Positions 1 through 9,724 of a stretch of 64,000 nt of DNA are shown here, piece after piece (position 1 is the first letter of the stretch; every line of letters starts with the position of its first letter). Below the pieces are notes generated by a model. The model had not been told where the DNA came from. It worked only from the letters and a program-made list of their open reading frames with translations, and did no database searches. A program made the translations under genes and the position numbers. The stretch covers positions 2,048,001 through 2,112,000 of the forward strand of contig CAXXLX010000001.1 of assembly GCA_963665235.2 (NCBI GenBank), in the 5' to 3' direction. Source of the stretch: Candidatus Poribacteria bacterium. Lineage in GTDB: Bacteria > Poribacteria > WGA-4E > WGA-3G.

Positions 1-493
1 CACTCTTATGCGAACCGGGGATTACAATGAGACCGCCATCCCCCGGATAGACATCCGTAAAATAGGGAAAACAGACGAAATTATCGCAGTAGATACGTCC
101 GTTGTTCACCTCGTAACGGGTGCTATACCAGCCGTAGTCATCGCGAGCACAGTGCAGGCCGCCGGGATTGACGTGCGCGTTTTCTCCCGCCTTCCACAAA
201 TCGTGCTTATCATGTTTCAGCGACCCCCGCCCAAATCGCGGCTGATTATCTGTCAACTCCTTGATAATCGGCCAGAGTGCTCTGTGCATCGTTAAACGTT
301 CAAGCGACTTGTCGAAAGCGAACCCGTGCTGATGAAGCCCGCGTTGTTCAAAGCCCGGTGGCAACGCATCAGGTGGGGTTGTGATATATCTATCAACCGC
401 CTCAGCCGCCTCCCCTAACGCATCCCCGGTGATGACATTTTCCAAGTGAAGATAACCGCTTACATCAAATAGATAACGTTGTTTCGGTGTCAT
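1..493 (-). CDS. Phytanoyl-CoA dioxygenase (PhyH) family protein, runs off the window edge
   Basis: Not in the ORF track. Manual translation from ATG at 493 (RBS AGAGGAG): MTPKQRYLFDVSGYLHLENV...LHCARD...DVYPGDGGLIVIPGSHKS, which carries PhyH-family motifs. Confidence 0.85.
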   Translation of the reverse strand, partial: MTPKQRYLFDVSGYLHLENVITGDALGEAAEAVDRYITTPPDALPPGFEQRGLHQHGFAFDKSLERLTMHRALWPIIKELTDNQPRFGRGSLKHDKHDLWKAGENAHVNPGGLHCARDDYGWYSTRYEVNNGRIYCDNFVCFPYFTDVYPGDGGLIVIPGSHKS

Positions 494-514
494 AGCCACA
501 ATTCTCCTCTATTT

Positions 515-1405
515 TCACAGTGCCATATCGAACGTTGTTCCTGTCACGTTGCCTTTCACAAAAGCGTCTCGGAAGAGCGTTTGACGTTTAGGGGGCATCG
601 TTTCCAGCAACGCCTGTGGCGGTTGTGACCGCGTCCACCGTTTATCCACAGAGTTGTACGCGTTGAAAACAGCGACGCGGTCCACGTCAGGATTTCGCCA
701 TGCTTGTCCGCTGTGCGTAATTGCCTCCGTAAAAATAATCACAGAACCGGCGGGACAAGAATAGGTGTCCCAAAACGGCCACTCTTCTGTGCGAACAACT
801 TCTGGAGCAGTATACGCTGCCTTATGGCTGCCCGTAATAAACAACGTGCCACCATCCCCCTTCTCCACAGGGTTAAGCTCCCAGACGACACGCGTTAAAC
901 CGCTATACGCTTGACCCGGCAAACAGTGATATTCGTGGCAATCCCCCGGCATCCGAAACATGCCGTTGCCGTTATGTGGACTGAATGCAAACGGAGGGTC
1001 ATCTGATGCGGCACGCAACGCCAGAAAACTCATCTCCATGCGGAACCCGTAGCATGTCTCCGAAGCGAGATACGGGGATGCAAGGAATTCGTTTCCGAAT
1101 GCTACGACAACCGGATGGTCCATAAGTGCCTCCAACGGCCCGCCGTAAGTAGAGCGGTGGAGTGAAGGAATCGTTTCGGGAGTGCGTTTTAACCGATAGC
1201 AGAAATCGCGCATCTCCTCAACTTCTGACTCTGTCAACACACCCGGAATTAAGAGCCACCCGTTCTTATCAAAAAGATATTTCTGTTCCTGTGTCAACGG
1301 AACGACGGATTTGCCATCAGCGTTTGTTGTCGTGAGGTCCGCAGCCGTTGTCCTTAGCGGGTTGCCAAAATCCTTGTTAAACTTAATGCCTATCTGTTTA
1401 GCCAT
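515..1405 (-). CDS. Phytanoyl-CoA dioxygenase (PhyH) family protein
   Basis: QKYLFDKNGWLLIPGVL, GDGGTLFITGSHK and AGSVIIFTEAITHSG motifs. Confidence 0.85.
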   Translation of the reverse strand: MAKQIGIKFNKDFGNPLRTTAADLTTTNADGKSVVPLTQEQKYLFDKNGWLLIPGVLTESEVEEMRDFCYRLKRTPETIPSLHRSTYGGPLEALMDHPVVVAFGNEFLASPYLASETCYGFRMEMSFLALRAASDDPPFAFSPHNGNGMFRMPGDCHEYHCLPGQAYSGLTRVVWELNPVEKGDGGTLFITGSHKAAYTAPEVVRTEEWPFWDTYSCPAGSVIIFTEAITHSGQAWRNPDVDRVAVFNAYNSVDKRWTRSQPPQALLETMPPKRQTLFRDAFVKGNVTGTTFDMAL

Positions 1406-1439
1406 AAAACTGTTCCCCTTTTGTCAGCGTGCCTTGTAA

Positions 1440-1818
1440 TACCATTTCTAATTGAAAATGTCTCTTTCTTGTAGCATAAACTTCCAGTTTGTGCGCTTTC
1501 TTGTAGCATAAACTTCCAGTTTGTGCGTCTTTGTAGTAGCATAAACTTCCAGTTTGTGCGTCTTTGTAGTAGCATAAACTTCCAGTTTGTGCGTCTTTGT
1601 AGTAGCATAAACTTCCAGTTTGTGCGTCTTTGTAGTAGCATAAACTTCCAGTTTGTGCGTCTTTGTAGTAGCATAAACTTCCAGTTTGTGCGTCTTTGTA
1701 GTAGCATAAACTTCCAGTTTGTGCGTCTTTGTAGTAGCATAAACTTCCAGTTTGTGTCTTCCGTTCTCCGTTTCATTTCTAACAACCGGTAATGATAGAA
1801 TAATTAATAAAAATGGTA
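1440..1818. mobile_element. MITE family A, copy 1, with 9 internal REP-like units (mostly 33-bp period)
   Basis: Termini TACCATTT...AAATGGTA with TAA on both sides. Unit GTAGCATAAACTTCCAGTTTGTGC plus linker. The same ends occur at 24746, 50993 and 57964. Confidence 0.9.
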
Positions 1819-1851
1819 TAAGCATGATGGAAGGCAAATCTCCCTATACGA

Positions 1852-1874
1852 CGGGCGATGAATCGCCCTACTAC
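1852..1874 (-). repeat. GTAG-type REP hairpin
   Basis: Reverse strand reads GTAGTAGGGCGATTCATCGCCCG. Confidence 0.6.
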
Positions 1875-1890
1875 GAACTAGAGGGCAGCT

Positions 1891-2646
1891 CTACCGATTT
1901 TTTAGCGATGCCCAACGGGTTGAAACGGTTGAAGCTGAAGGATCAACAGATAAAATGTCATCAAAAACTATCTTACCATCTTTAATCCGATAAGAGACCC
2001 TAAAATTCGTTTCGAAGTTAACAAACAGATTCCAGCCAATACCCTCAATAACCTTTACCATCAGTAGATTTTTCCCTGCCCTCAGCGGGACTGAAGGACG
2101 TTGCGGCATCTCCGATGCCTCATTACTCTGCATTCTCTCTCTAGAGGTATAGACAACTTTACCGTTGAGCCAAACCTTCGCGTAGTCGCTATAACCGAGA
2201 TGCATCGTTACCTGCGATGCTTTGTCAACATTAAAAGCGATAAGTCCGTAAAACACCGCATTTGAAAATCCCTCAGGATTTAATCCTACACCCCCAACAA
2301 GGTCGCCTATATTTTCAGTGAATATTTCGTGTCTACCCCCTAAAAATCCGCCATGCCAGCGCAAATGTCCCCCGACGAACAGGATGTCTATCGGTTTTAT
2401 CTCACCTTGTGCCAAGCTATTTTCCGCAACCCGCTCATCGGTATACCGAGAAAGAAAATCTATTTTGAGGCTCCCTATGTCCTCACAGTCAATTCTGCCA
2501 CACGAGACAACTGTGTAAATCCAAGGCCCACCGATATAATCGGGATTATGCTGAATACCGCCCTGTGCATACACCGTAGTCGTAACCAAGCAGATTAGTA
2601 GTCCAAGCATCACGCTAAGAACAGGACGTGTTTGGATTGTATACAT
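1891..2646 (-). CDS. Secreted beta-sandwich protein with C-terminal W-x-x-L-K tail
   Basis: Likely start MYTIQ at 2646. Signal peptide ends TVYA-Q. Contains MHLGYSDYAKVWLNGKVVY and ends SVDPSASTVSTRWASLKNR. Confidence 0.7.
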   Translation of the reverse strand: MYTIQTRPVLSVMLGLLICLVTTTVYAQGGIQHNPDYIGGPWIYTVVSCGRIDCEDIGSLKIDFLSRYTDERVAENSLAQGEIKPIDILFVGGHLRWHGGFLGGRHEIFTENIGDLVGGVGLNPEGFSNAVFYGLIAFNVDKASQVTMHLGYSDYAKVWLNGKVVYTSRERMQSNEASEMPQRPSVPLRAGKNLLMVKVIEGIGWNLFVNFETNFRVSYRIKDGKIVFDDILSVDPSASTVSTRWASLKNR

Positions 2647-2698
2647 TTTTACCCTCACTATTTGCTGTTGAACAAAGAAAAGCCCGACATAAGCCGTA

Positions 2699-3535
2699 CT
2701 ACATGCCAGCGCAAAGTTCTGTAACCAACGCAGCGTTTTCACCAACCTGATCGCCGAATTGCTGATACATACCGAGCAACAGCACATCAATCGGTTTCGC
2801 GTTCTCTATAGCGAACTTAACCTCGTCACGAATTTGCTGTTGACTTCCGATTGTTCTACCCGCCGCCAACACTTTGAAGAGGATACACGGTTTATCCGTC
2901 CGTTGTATCGCCTTACACATCTCATCGCGGTCCTCGCGCGCATAAATTTCGCCTAAAGGGTCATAACCAAACTTCTTTCTAAACTTTTCAGTGCCACCGT
3001 GTAGGTTATAGAGGGCAGTCATGTAGTAGTCTATATCCCACCCTTCATCTTCAGCAATATGCACCAATTTCGGGTCGTGAACGGATAAACCGACGAGAGC
3101 CCCGGTATCGCGAATCCGTTTCAGGATATCCTGCAACAGCGCAAGCCTATTTTCTCGCAGACACCGTTGTCCTACACCGCCTCCATGTGGTGCCATACCG
3201 AGCGGGTTGTGTTTCGCATCTTCAAAAACCCGGTCCGGTTCATCGTACCAAACGGAACTCCAGCTGAGACAAAAGTAGTGCATTGTGCCCCCCGCATCGC
3301 GGTACCGCTGTAGGTCAGAGATGGAACGTTCCGTTACGCTATTCTGCCAACCGTTAATCCCGACCGCCTCCGCTCTTTTGAGCGTCGCCACAACCCGTTC
3401 CGGGGTATGATACGCCTTCTGATGCTGTGACAGCAGTTGATTAAAGTGAGAATAACCGTAAATCGGATTATCTCCAATCAACAACTTACTGATTTGATGA
3501 TTACAAAATGCGACCTTCGGTAAGTTAGTTTCCAC
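2699..3535 (-). CDS. Hypothetical protein, aldo/keto-reductase-like TIM barrel
   Basis: GTG start at 3535 with RBS GGAGG. ISKLLIGDNPIYGYSH and FKVLAAGR motifs. Confidence 0.6.
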   Translation of the reverse strand: METNLPKVAFCNHQISKLLIGDNPIYGYSHFNQLLSQHQKAYHTPERVVATLKRAEAVGINGWQNSVTERSISDLQRYRDAGGTMHYFCLSWSSVWYDEPDRVFEDAKHNPLGMAPHGGGVGQRCLRENRLALLQDILKRIRDTGALVGLSVHDPKLVHIAEDEGWDIDYYMTALYNLHGGTEKFRKKFGYDPLGEIYAREDRDEMCKAIQRTDKPCILFKVLAAGRTIGSQQQIRDEVKFAIENAKPIDVLLLGMYQQFGDQVGENAALVTELCAGM

Positions 3536-3575
3536 TATATTTCCTCCAAGATAGAAAACAGCTCTCAAAACGTGT

Positions 3576-4646
3576 CTAACCGAACAGAAATCCCTCGAAA
3601 ACGGATGTATCAATTTCACGTACAAGCTGCATCGTCAAATCCAACGCTGCCGTGTAGTCATCAGTGTTAATAATTGAGACATGGCTATGGATATAACGTG
3701 AGGGCACACCGAGCACGACGGAGGGAACACCTCTGCCGAACTGATGAATTGCCCCGCCATCTGTTCCGCCAGATTGACGCACACCTAATTGATGCGGTAT
3801 TTCATGTTTCTTCGCTGTCTCAACCACGAAATCAGCCAACTTCGGATTGACAATCATAGAAGAATCAATTATCCGAATTTGTACGCCTGCGCCAAGCTTT
3901 CCCTGCGATTTACCGACGCTTAATCCTGGCGTATCATCGCCTGGCGGGCCCTCAAGTACAATTGCAAGGTCAGGTTGCACACTATTCACCATTGCCCGCG
4001 CTCCTCGTAAGCCAACCTCTTCCTGTACACTTCCTACCCCGATTACGGTGTTTGGGTGTTTCTCAAGCTGCAAAAGCGCATCAATCACAAGTGCAACCCC
4101 GACGCGGTTATCGAACGCCTTGGCTGATAACAATTTGCTGTTTTTCAACGGCATAAAGGGGCCGTAAGGTGCAATCGGGCACCCCGGTCGGATGCCATAC
4201 TCCTCCGTTGCCTGTTCTTCGTTCTCCGCGCCTACATCAATAAACAGGTCCTTCATATCCAAGACCTTATCACGGCCGCCTGAAAGTAGATGGGGCGGTG
4301 TTGAGCCGACAACGCCGTGCACTTTTCCCAATTTCGTTGTAATCCTGACGCGTTGTGCTAATAGCGTGTGCGCCCACCATCCACCGAGCGGCAGAAACTT
4401 GACGAACCCATCATCCGTGACATTTTGGACAACAAATCCGATTTCGTCTAAATGCGAATCGAGTAAAATCCGTGGGTGTTCCGCTTCTCCTGCGCGCGTG
4501 CAGAAAATATTTCCTAATCTATCTGTCTCTACTGGGCCCACATCGGCGACAGCGTCGCGAAAGACATCCCGTACTTCCGCTTCATATCCCGGAATTCCAT
4601 CAGCTTGTGTCAATGACTTGAGCAATTCTATTGAGGTTTCTTTCAT
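3576..4646 (-). CDS. M42 family metallopeptidase
   Basis: SHLDEIG, KAFDNR, VQEEVGLRGA, GGTDGG and RYIHSH motifs. Confidence 0.92.
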   Translation of the reverse strand: MKETSIELLKSLTQADGIPGYEAEVRDVFRDAVADVGPVETDRLGNIFCTRAGEAEHPRILLDSHLDEIGFVVQNVTDDGFVKFLPLGGWWAHTLLAQRVRITTKLGKVHGVVGSTPPHLLSGGRDKVLDMKDLFIDVGAENEEQATEEYGIRPGCPIAPYGPFMPLKNSKLLSAKAFDNRVGVALVIDALLQLEKHPNTVIGVGSVQEEVGLRGARAMVNSVQPDLAIVLEGPPGDDTPGLSVGKSQGKLGAGVQIRIIDSSMIVNPKLADFVVETAKKHEIPHQLGVRQSGGTDGGAIHQFGRGVPSVVLGVPSRYIHSHVSIINTDDYTAALDLTMQLVREIDTSVFEGFLFG

Positions 4647-4730
4647 CTTTGTGTTCCTTCACCAATCGTACTATAATTTGACAGCATTATAGCACGATTG
4701 ATATTTTTCAACAAGGTTTTTCCGAAAAAA

Positions 4731-4814
4731 GTAGCCCCAGCGGAGCGGGATGTTTATAGAAAACGCAACCACAACACATAAAGTAGCCCCAGCGGAGCGG
4801 GATGTTTATAGAAA
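4731..4814 (+). repeat. Two tandem REP-like units GTAGCCCCAGCGGAGCGGGATGTTTATAGAAA
   Basis: Direct repeats at 4731 and 4783. A related unit lies near 22200. Confidence 0.75.
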
Positions 4815-4826
4815 GAACAACACCCT

Positions 4827-4920
4827 ATCCGCGATTCAGACAACACACGCGAAATCCACTCCGCCGCTTCCACCCTTCCACCCTTCCACCCTTCCACCTA
4901 TTCCTTTGACAAAAACTTTA
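4827..4920 (+). repeat. Dispersed repeat with CCACCCTT microsatellite; second copy at ~44402-44505
   Basis: Shared ATCCGCGATTCAGACAACAC-CGCGAAATCCAC...CCTTTGACAAAAACTT. Confidence 0.7.
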
Positions 4921-5009
4921 CACACTCCTATCTTCTACCCCCTTTCTTTAAAATTGGAATTGTGATATAATTCTCAACGGTATACAAACTGTGAAAAGGA
5001 GAAACGTGA

Positions 5010-6224
5010 ATGAGCAATCCAGCTTACACCCTTTTAGCCGAAACATTAGAAAAACAGGGAATTCAGGTTGAAGCGATTAAAGCACACCTCAAACAACAAC
5101 ATATTGAAACACCGTCCTGGGGTTACGGCAATTCCGGCACCCGATTTGGCGTGTTTGAACAGCCCGGAGCAGCCAGAAACGCCGCGGAACGTTTAGAAGA
5201 TGCCGCTACCGTACACCGATTCACCGGCGTTGCCCCGACCGTAGCCCTTCATATTCCGTGGGATAAAACCGACGACTGGGGCGCGTTGAAACAGTACGCA
5301 GCAGATGTCGGCATCGGTATCGGCGCGATTAACCCGAACGTCTTTCAAGACCAAGCCTATAAACTCGGAAGCGTCTGCAATCCGAACGCGGATGTACGCC
5401 GCCTTGCAATTGACCACATGCTAGAGTGTGTTGACATCATGAAGAAAACAGGCTCAGATTTGTTGAGCTTGTGGTTTGCAGATGGCACTAATTTTCCCGG
5501 ACAAGCCAACTTCAGAAAACGTAAACAGTGGATGACTGAAGCGTTAATCGAGGTTTACGATGCCCTTCCCCAGGACACCCGTATGCTCATTGAATATAAA
5601 TTCTTTGAACCCGCCTTTTACCACACCGATTTACCTGACTGGGGCACTGCTTACCTAATGGCGGCAAAACTGGGACCAAAAGCACAAGTCCTCGTCGACC
5701 TCGGACATCATCCGCAAGGCACAAATATTGAATTCATCGTTGCATATCTTATTGACGAGGGAAAACTCGGCGGATTTCATTTCAACTGCCGAAAATATGC
5801 AGACGATGACCTAACGGTTGGGTCTATCAATCCGCAAGAGCTCTTTCTCATCTACACCGAACTTGTCGCTGCCGAGCTTGACCCGGAGACAAAAACCGAT
5901 ATCGCCTACATGATCGATCAGAGTCATAATTTGAAACCGAAGGTGGAAGCGAGCATTCAATCGGTATGCAACCTGCAAAAAGCATACTCAAAAGCGTTGT
6001 TAGTCGACCGCGAAGCACTCGCAGCAGCGCAAGATGCGGAGGACCTGATTGAAGCGGAGAGCATCCTTCAACGCGCGTACGAAACAGATGTGAACCCCTT
6101 GCTTGAGCAGGTCCGTTTAGAGCTGGGACGCGACCCGCATCCATTGACCGCCTATCGAAAAAGCGGCTACTACCAGAAGATTAGCAAAGCACGCATCGGC
6201 GGAGAGAGCCAAGGATGGGCATAA
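5010..6224 (+). CDS. rhaI: L-rhamnose isomerase (RhaI type)
   Basis: [34 protein letters not shown] and MIDQSHN motifs. Confidence 0.9.
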   Translation: MSNPAYTLLAETLEKQGIQVEAIKAHLKQQHIETPSWGYGNSGTRFGVFEQPGAARNAAERLEDAATVHRFTGVAPTVALHIPWDKTDDWGALKQYAADVGIGIGAINPNVFQDQAYKLGSVCNPNADVRRLAIDHMLECVDIMKKTGSDLLSLWFADGTNFPGQANFRKRKQWMTEALIEVYDALPQDTRMLIEYKFFEPAFYHTDLPDWGTAYLMAAKLGPKAQVLVDLGHHPQGTNIEFIVAYLIDEGKLGGFHFNCRKYADDDLTVGSINPQELFLIYTELVAAELDPETKTDIAYMIDQSHNLKPKVEASIQSVCNLQKAYSKALLVDREALAAAQDAEDLIEAESILQRAYETDVNPLLEQVRLELGRDPHPLTAYRKSGYYQKISKARIGGESQGWA

Positions 6225-6295
6225 AACCTATTACAGCATCGCGAGACAATAGACATAGGCACGTGCAGTTGCCGTAACACAAACGTAGTTTTAGG

Positions 6296-6976
6296 ATGAA
6301 CACGGAACATTTGAAAAAAATCGCCGCAGAAAAAGCCATAGAAGCGGTTCAAGATGGTATGATTATCGGATTAGGCACAGGCTCTACCGTCTATTACGCG
6401 CTTTTGAAACTCGGCACGATGGTCCAAAACGGACTCAATATCATCGGTATCCCCACCTCAACGGGCACCGAGCAAATTGCGATAGAACAGGGCATTCCGC
6501 TCTCAACCCTGACGATTCATCCCACCATAGAACTGACAATTGATGGGGCAGATGAGGTAGATGCGCACCTCAACCTGATTAAAGGCGGCGGTGCAGCATT
6601 GGTCAGGGAGAAGATTATCGCCAACGTCTCCAAACGCATCCTAATCGTCGTTGATGAGAGTAAGGTCTCCCGCGTGCTTGGCACCTCGTTTGCACTGCCG
6701 GTAGAAATTGTCCGGTTCGGATGGGAAGCAACACATCGCGCAGTCGAGCAGGTATGTGAACACGCCGAATTGCGGGGCGGAATTCAGCAACCCTTGCTAA
6801 CGGATAACGGAAATTATATCTTAGATTGCAATTTCAATGGAATTCCTGACCCCGAAGCAGTCGAATTGCAACTCAACAACATCCCAGGAGTCGTCGAAAA
6901 CGGTATTTTCGTGAACCGCGCAGACAAAATTATTATCGGCACCCCTGCTGGCATTCAGTATATGGAGAAGAAATAG
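6296..6976 (+). CDS. rpiA: Ribose-5-phosphate isomerase A
   Basis: GLGTGST, DGADEVD, LIKGGGAALVREKI and PGVVENGIF motifs. Confidence 0.97.
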   Translation: MNTEHLKKIAAEKAIEAVQDGMIIGLGTGSTVYYALLKLGTMVQNGLNIIGIPTSTGTEQIAIEQGIPLSTLTIHPTIELTIDGADEVDAHLNLIKGGGAALVREKIIANVSKRILIVVDESKVSRVLGTSFALPVEIVRFGWEATHRAVEQVCEHAELRGGIQQPLLTDNGNYILDCNFNGIPDPEAVELQLNNIPGVVENGIFVNRADKIIIGTPAGIQYMEKK

Positions 6977-7845
6977 TGATTTACTGTCAAAAACTGAAAA
7001 CGGACGCGTTCACCCTCCAGCTCTGTCTGCTATTCATAGGATGTGTTACGTTGCTAAATCCCGCTACCGGAGAGATTTTTACAGAAACCGGCTTGATGGA
7101 CATCCCAACAGGCAAAGTGCTAAAACACGGTATATTCGACGCAGGGGTTTATGCCCCGTTCCAAAATTCATCACATTTCTCACGCGACGCTGTCGGGTTC
7201 CGAGCCAACTTTGGTATGTTTGATAGGGTTGAAGTGGGGTTGTCACATCTATTGCCTCAGGATAACACCGCGCCCCGCTACGCTTTGGTACACTTAAAGG
7301 CACAACTTCTCACGGAGGCCGGGATGATTCCGGATGTAGCCGTAGGGATTGACAACCTCGGTGACACGGTAAGTCAGACCGACACTGCATTTACAAAGGG
7401 GTGGCGGACCTATCAATCTCAATCCGCGTTTCTTGTTATCAGTAAAACCTTCAATCTGCCGCGCATTCCCCTTATGTCGGGTCACATCGGGATTGGCAAT
7501 CACCGTTTCGCGTTTGATGAGCAGCCCATCGGCGTGTTTGGCGGGGTGAGCACTACGTTCCAACCCGCTTTCGCGAGAGGTGATATTGCGTTCAGTCTAG
7601 CGTTTGATGGCGCGGGGGTGAACGCCGGCGTGCGGTACACTGCCGATACTGGATTTCAGATTGCATTCGGCAGTGAGACACTGAACAGGCCGGACGAGCT
7701 CCGCTACATCTTCGCGATTTCTTGGACGAATGCGCAGCTGATGGAGCAGATAGCCGGTGCGAAGCGGCTTGCACGACAGGCTGCGAAACTTGCAAGTCAG
7801 GCAAAACGCACACCGACAAAAAAAGAGGAAACGCCTGAACAGTAG
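6976..7845 (+). CDS. YjbH-like outer-membrane beta-barrel protein
   Basis: Signal peptide, TGLMDIPTG and PDVAVGIDNL, alternating beta-strand pattern. Confidence 0.55.
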   Translation: MIYCQKLKTDAFTLQLCLLFIGCVTLLNPATGEIFTETGLMDIPTGKVLKHGIFDAGVYAPFQNSSHFSRDAVGFRANFGMFDRVEVGLSHLLPQDNTAPRYALVHLKAQLLTEAGMIPDVAVGIDNLGDTVSQTDTAFTKGWRTYQSQSAFLVISKTFNLPRIPLMSGHIGIGNHRFAFDEQPIGVFGGVSTTFQPAFARGDIAFSLAFDGAGVNAGVRYTADTGFQIAFGSETLNRPDELRYIFAISWTNAQLMEQIAGAKRLARQAAKLASQAKRTPTKKEETPEQ

Positions 7846-7894
7846 GAATACTCTCTCTAGGAATAGCCTTCAGCGGTAAATAGGGATTGACTTC

Positions 7895-8812
7895 TTACTG
7901 CTTGGCACTAATAGATTCCATCACATTTTGAAGTGATTTCAACAATTCTGCCAAAAAATCTTGGGGTGGCACAAGAATAATTTCAATTCGCCGATTCTTC
8001 GCCTTCGCTTCCGGCGTATCCTCCGTATCTATCGGTTGATAGAACGCATAGCCTGTTGCAGCCAAACGCTCCGGATTAACACCCGCATTTTCCTGCAAAT
8101 ACTTCACCGCAGCAATTGACCGCTGGGTTGACAAATCCCAGTTTCGCAGTGCTGAACCAGCAATCGGGCTGTTATCTGTATGCCCCTCAACGCGAATTGC
8201 ATAATCCGAATAATCCACATTCAGCAACACCTCTTCCGAGATTGCGTCAAGGAGAGCTTTCCCCTCCGTACTCAGAATAGCACTGCCTGTTTCAAACAGG
8301 ATTTTGCCTTTCACATCAAGCCGCAGCCGGCCGGCTTCATCCAGCACAGCCCCGACCGTATCCTTAAACCTTTCCTGGATAGCCGTGATAGAACGTTGCG
8401 AATGCTCACGAATTCCCTGTAATTCCGTTTCAATATCGGTGAGTTTTGCACGGAGCTTCGCCTTTTCAAGTTCAAGCGCACTTTTGTCCTGCTGGAGTTT
8501 ATTCCGGTCCGCAGCAATTTTTCGCGCAGCCTCACTGGCATTTTCCAATATCTCTTTCGTCTGCTCCAGTTCTGTCTGCGTTTGACCGAGTTCTGTCCGT
8601 GTTTCTTCAAGCGTTTTCTCAGTTTTTGCTAACTTTTCTTCCAGCTCTGTCTTTGCTGTTTCCGTTGTCTTCAATGTCGCTTGGGTCGTATCCAAATCTG
8701 CCCGCGTTTTTTTAAGCGTGCGGGTCGTCGAATAAAGCGGTACCGCTAACCCAACGATAGCAATAACAGCAATGACTATAGAGGCAATTAAAAGAATCCT
8801 TTTTTTACTCAT
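7895..8812 (-). CDS. OmpA/MotB-family peptidoglycan-binding protein with TM anchor and coiled coil
   Basis: Start MSKKR at 8812. ILFETGSA, VEGHTDN, NWDLSTQRS and NRRIEI motifs. Confidence 0.88.
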   Translation of the reverse strand: MSKKRILLIASIVIAVIAIVGLAVPLYSTTRTLKKTRADLDTTQATLKTTETAKTELEEKLAKTEKTLEETRTELGQTQTELEQTKEILENASEAARKIAADRNKLQQDKSALELEKAKLRAKLTDIETELQGIREHSQRSITAIQERFKDTVGAVLDEAGRLRLDVKGKILFETGSAILSTEGKALLDAISEEVLLNVDYSDYAIRVEGHTDNSPIAGSALRNWDLSTQRSIAAVKYLQENAGVNPERLAATGYAFYQPIDTEDTPEAKAKNRRIEIILVPPQDFLAELLKSLQNVMESISAKQ

Positions 8813-9110
8813 GTAGTTCTCCTCGTAGATTAAGAATAGCATCAAATCTATCATTTTTTGATGCCTTATTCTTTTTTATAATGCCGCACTCAGTGCAGCG
8901 GTGAATCAGAATGTAATCCCCCCGTTTCATAGTAAACGCAATCGGTTCCATCAAACCGCGGCACCTTTCGGTCCGGTCGCCAGGGTTCACATCTACGTGT
9001 AAGCTCCAGAGACATTCCGGGCAGTGATTGGTATACCCATTTCCCTTTACAAATACCCTACAATTTCCGCATGTAAAATTTTCAATATGCCGTTGAAATT
9101 TTTTGTTCAC
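8805..9110 (-). CDS. RNHCP domain zinc-binding protein
   Basis: CGNC, TNHCPECLWSLHVD, PGDR and HRCTECG motifs. Confidence 0.88.
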   Translation of the reverse strand: MNKKFQRHIENFTCGNCRVFVKGNGYTNHCPECLWSLHVDVNPGDRTERCRGLMEPIAFTMKRGDYILIHRCTECGIIKKNKASKNDRFDAILNLRGELHE

Positions 9111-9724
9111 GGGTTAACCTCTACTTGCGTTTCATGGTGAAGACGGTCTAATGTTCGTTTTAGACTTGGTGATACGGTCGCAGCACGTTCCAAATCCCAA
9201 TGGTCTCGAACAAACTGGCTTAAACGCGCATTATATCCGTTTCCAGTTTTTGCACTTCTATTGTTTTGTTTTGGTACAAGTGCTTCTCGCAATTCTGTTT
9301 TATTACTTTTTCGGGCAAGTGTTACAAGGAATTCTTTGGGGTCTCCGATTTCATAAGTGTTCCGTGGAATACGATGCGTTGGTATTCCCAAGAAACCTGC
9401 AAAAGCCGTTCTATCTGCCATAATCCAAGATTCAACTTCCATGACTGCAACCCGTAGGAAAAACCAACGATTTAAAGGACCTTTTACCCAAGACTGAATA
9501 AGACCAGGGGCACAATCTCTAGGAGAATCCAAATCTGTCAACATAAAAACACCGCATTCCTGATATGCCGCTCGGTTGTACTCCTGTGCCTTTCGCTGAA
9601 GATAGGAATTTCCTCTATATGTGATTTTTTGCTGAATTCCAATACCGAGATGTCTCAGAATTTTGGTCGAAACTTCAGTGCTGAGTATATCTTCTGCTAC
9701 AAGTATTACGTTGTTTAATCCCAT
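9107..9724 (-). CDS. DUF4276-like TOPRIM-fold putative nuclease
   Basis: VAED, LTDLD and VMEVESWIMAD motifs. Overlaps the upstream ABC ATPase. Confidence 0.75.
   Translation of the reverse strand: MGLNNVILVAEDILSTEVSTKILRHLGIGIQQKITYRGNSYLQRKAQEYNRAAYQECGVFMLTDLDSPRDCAPGLIQSWVKGPLNRWFFLRVAVMEVESWIMADRTAFAGFLGIPTHRIPRNTYEIGDPKEFLVTLARKSNKTELREALVPKQNNRSAKTGNGYNARLSQFVRDHWDLERAATVSPSLKRTLDRLHHETQVEVNP

Noticed and set aside
1471-1760. CRISPR array (also 24811-25025 and 58029-58205)
   Set aside because: The intervening sequences are only 8-9 nt and essentially identical within each array, there are no cas genes, and the arrays lie inside TIR/TSD-bounded MITEs.
1390-1837. Repeat-protein ORFs (TNWKFMLLQRR, HKLEVYATTKT, VRLCSSINFQF)
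   Set aside because: They are by-products of a 33-bp unit without stop codons. Sister arrays have 32-bp periods that break the frame.
7895-8812. Zorya ZorB or flagellar MotB system
   Set aside because: There is no adjacent ZorA/MotA-like gene.
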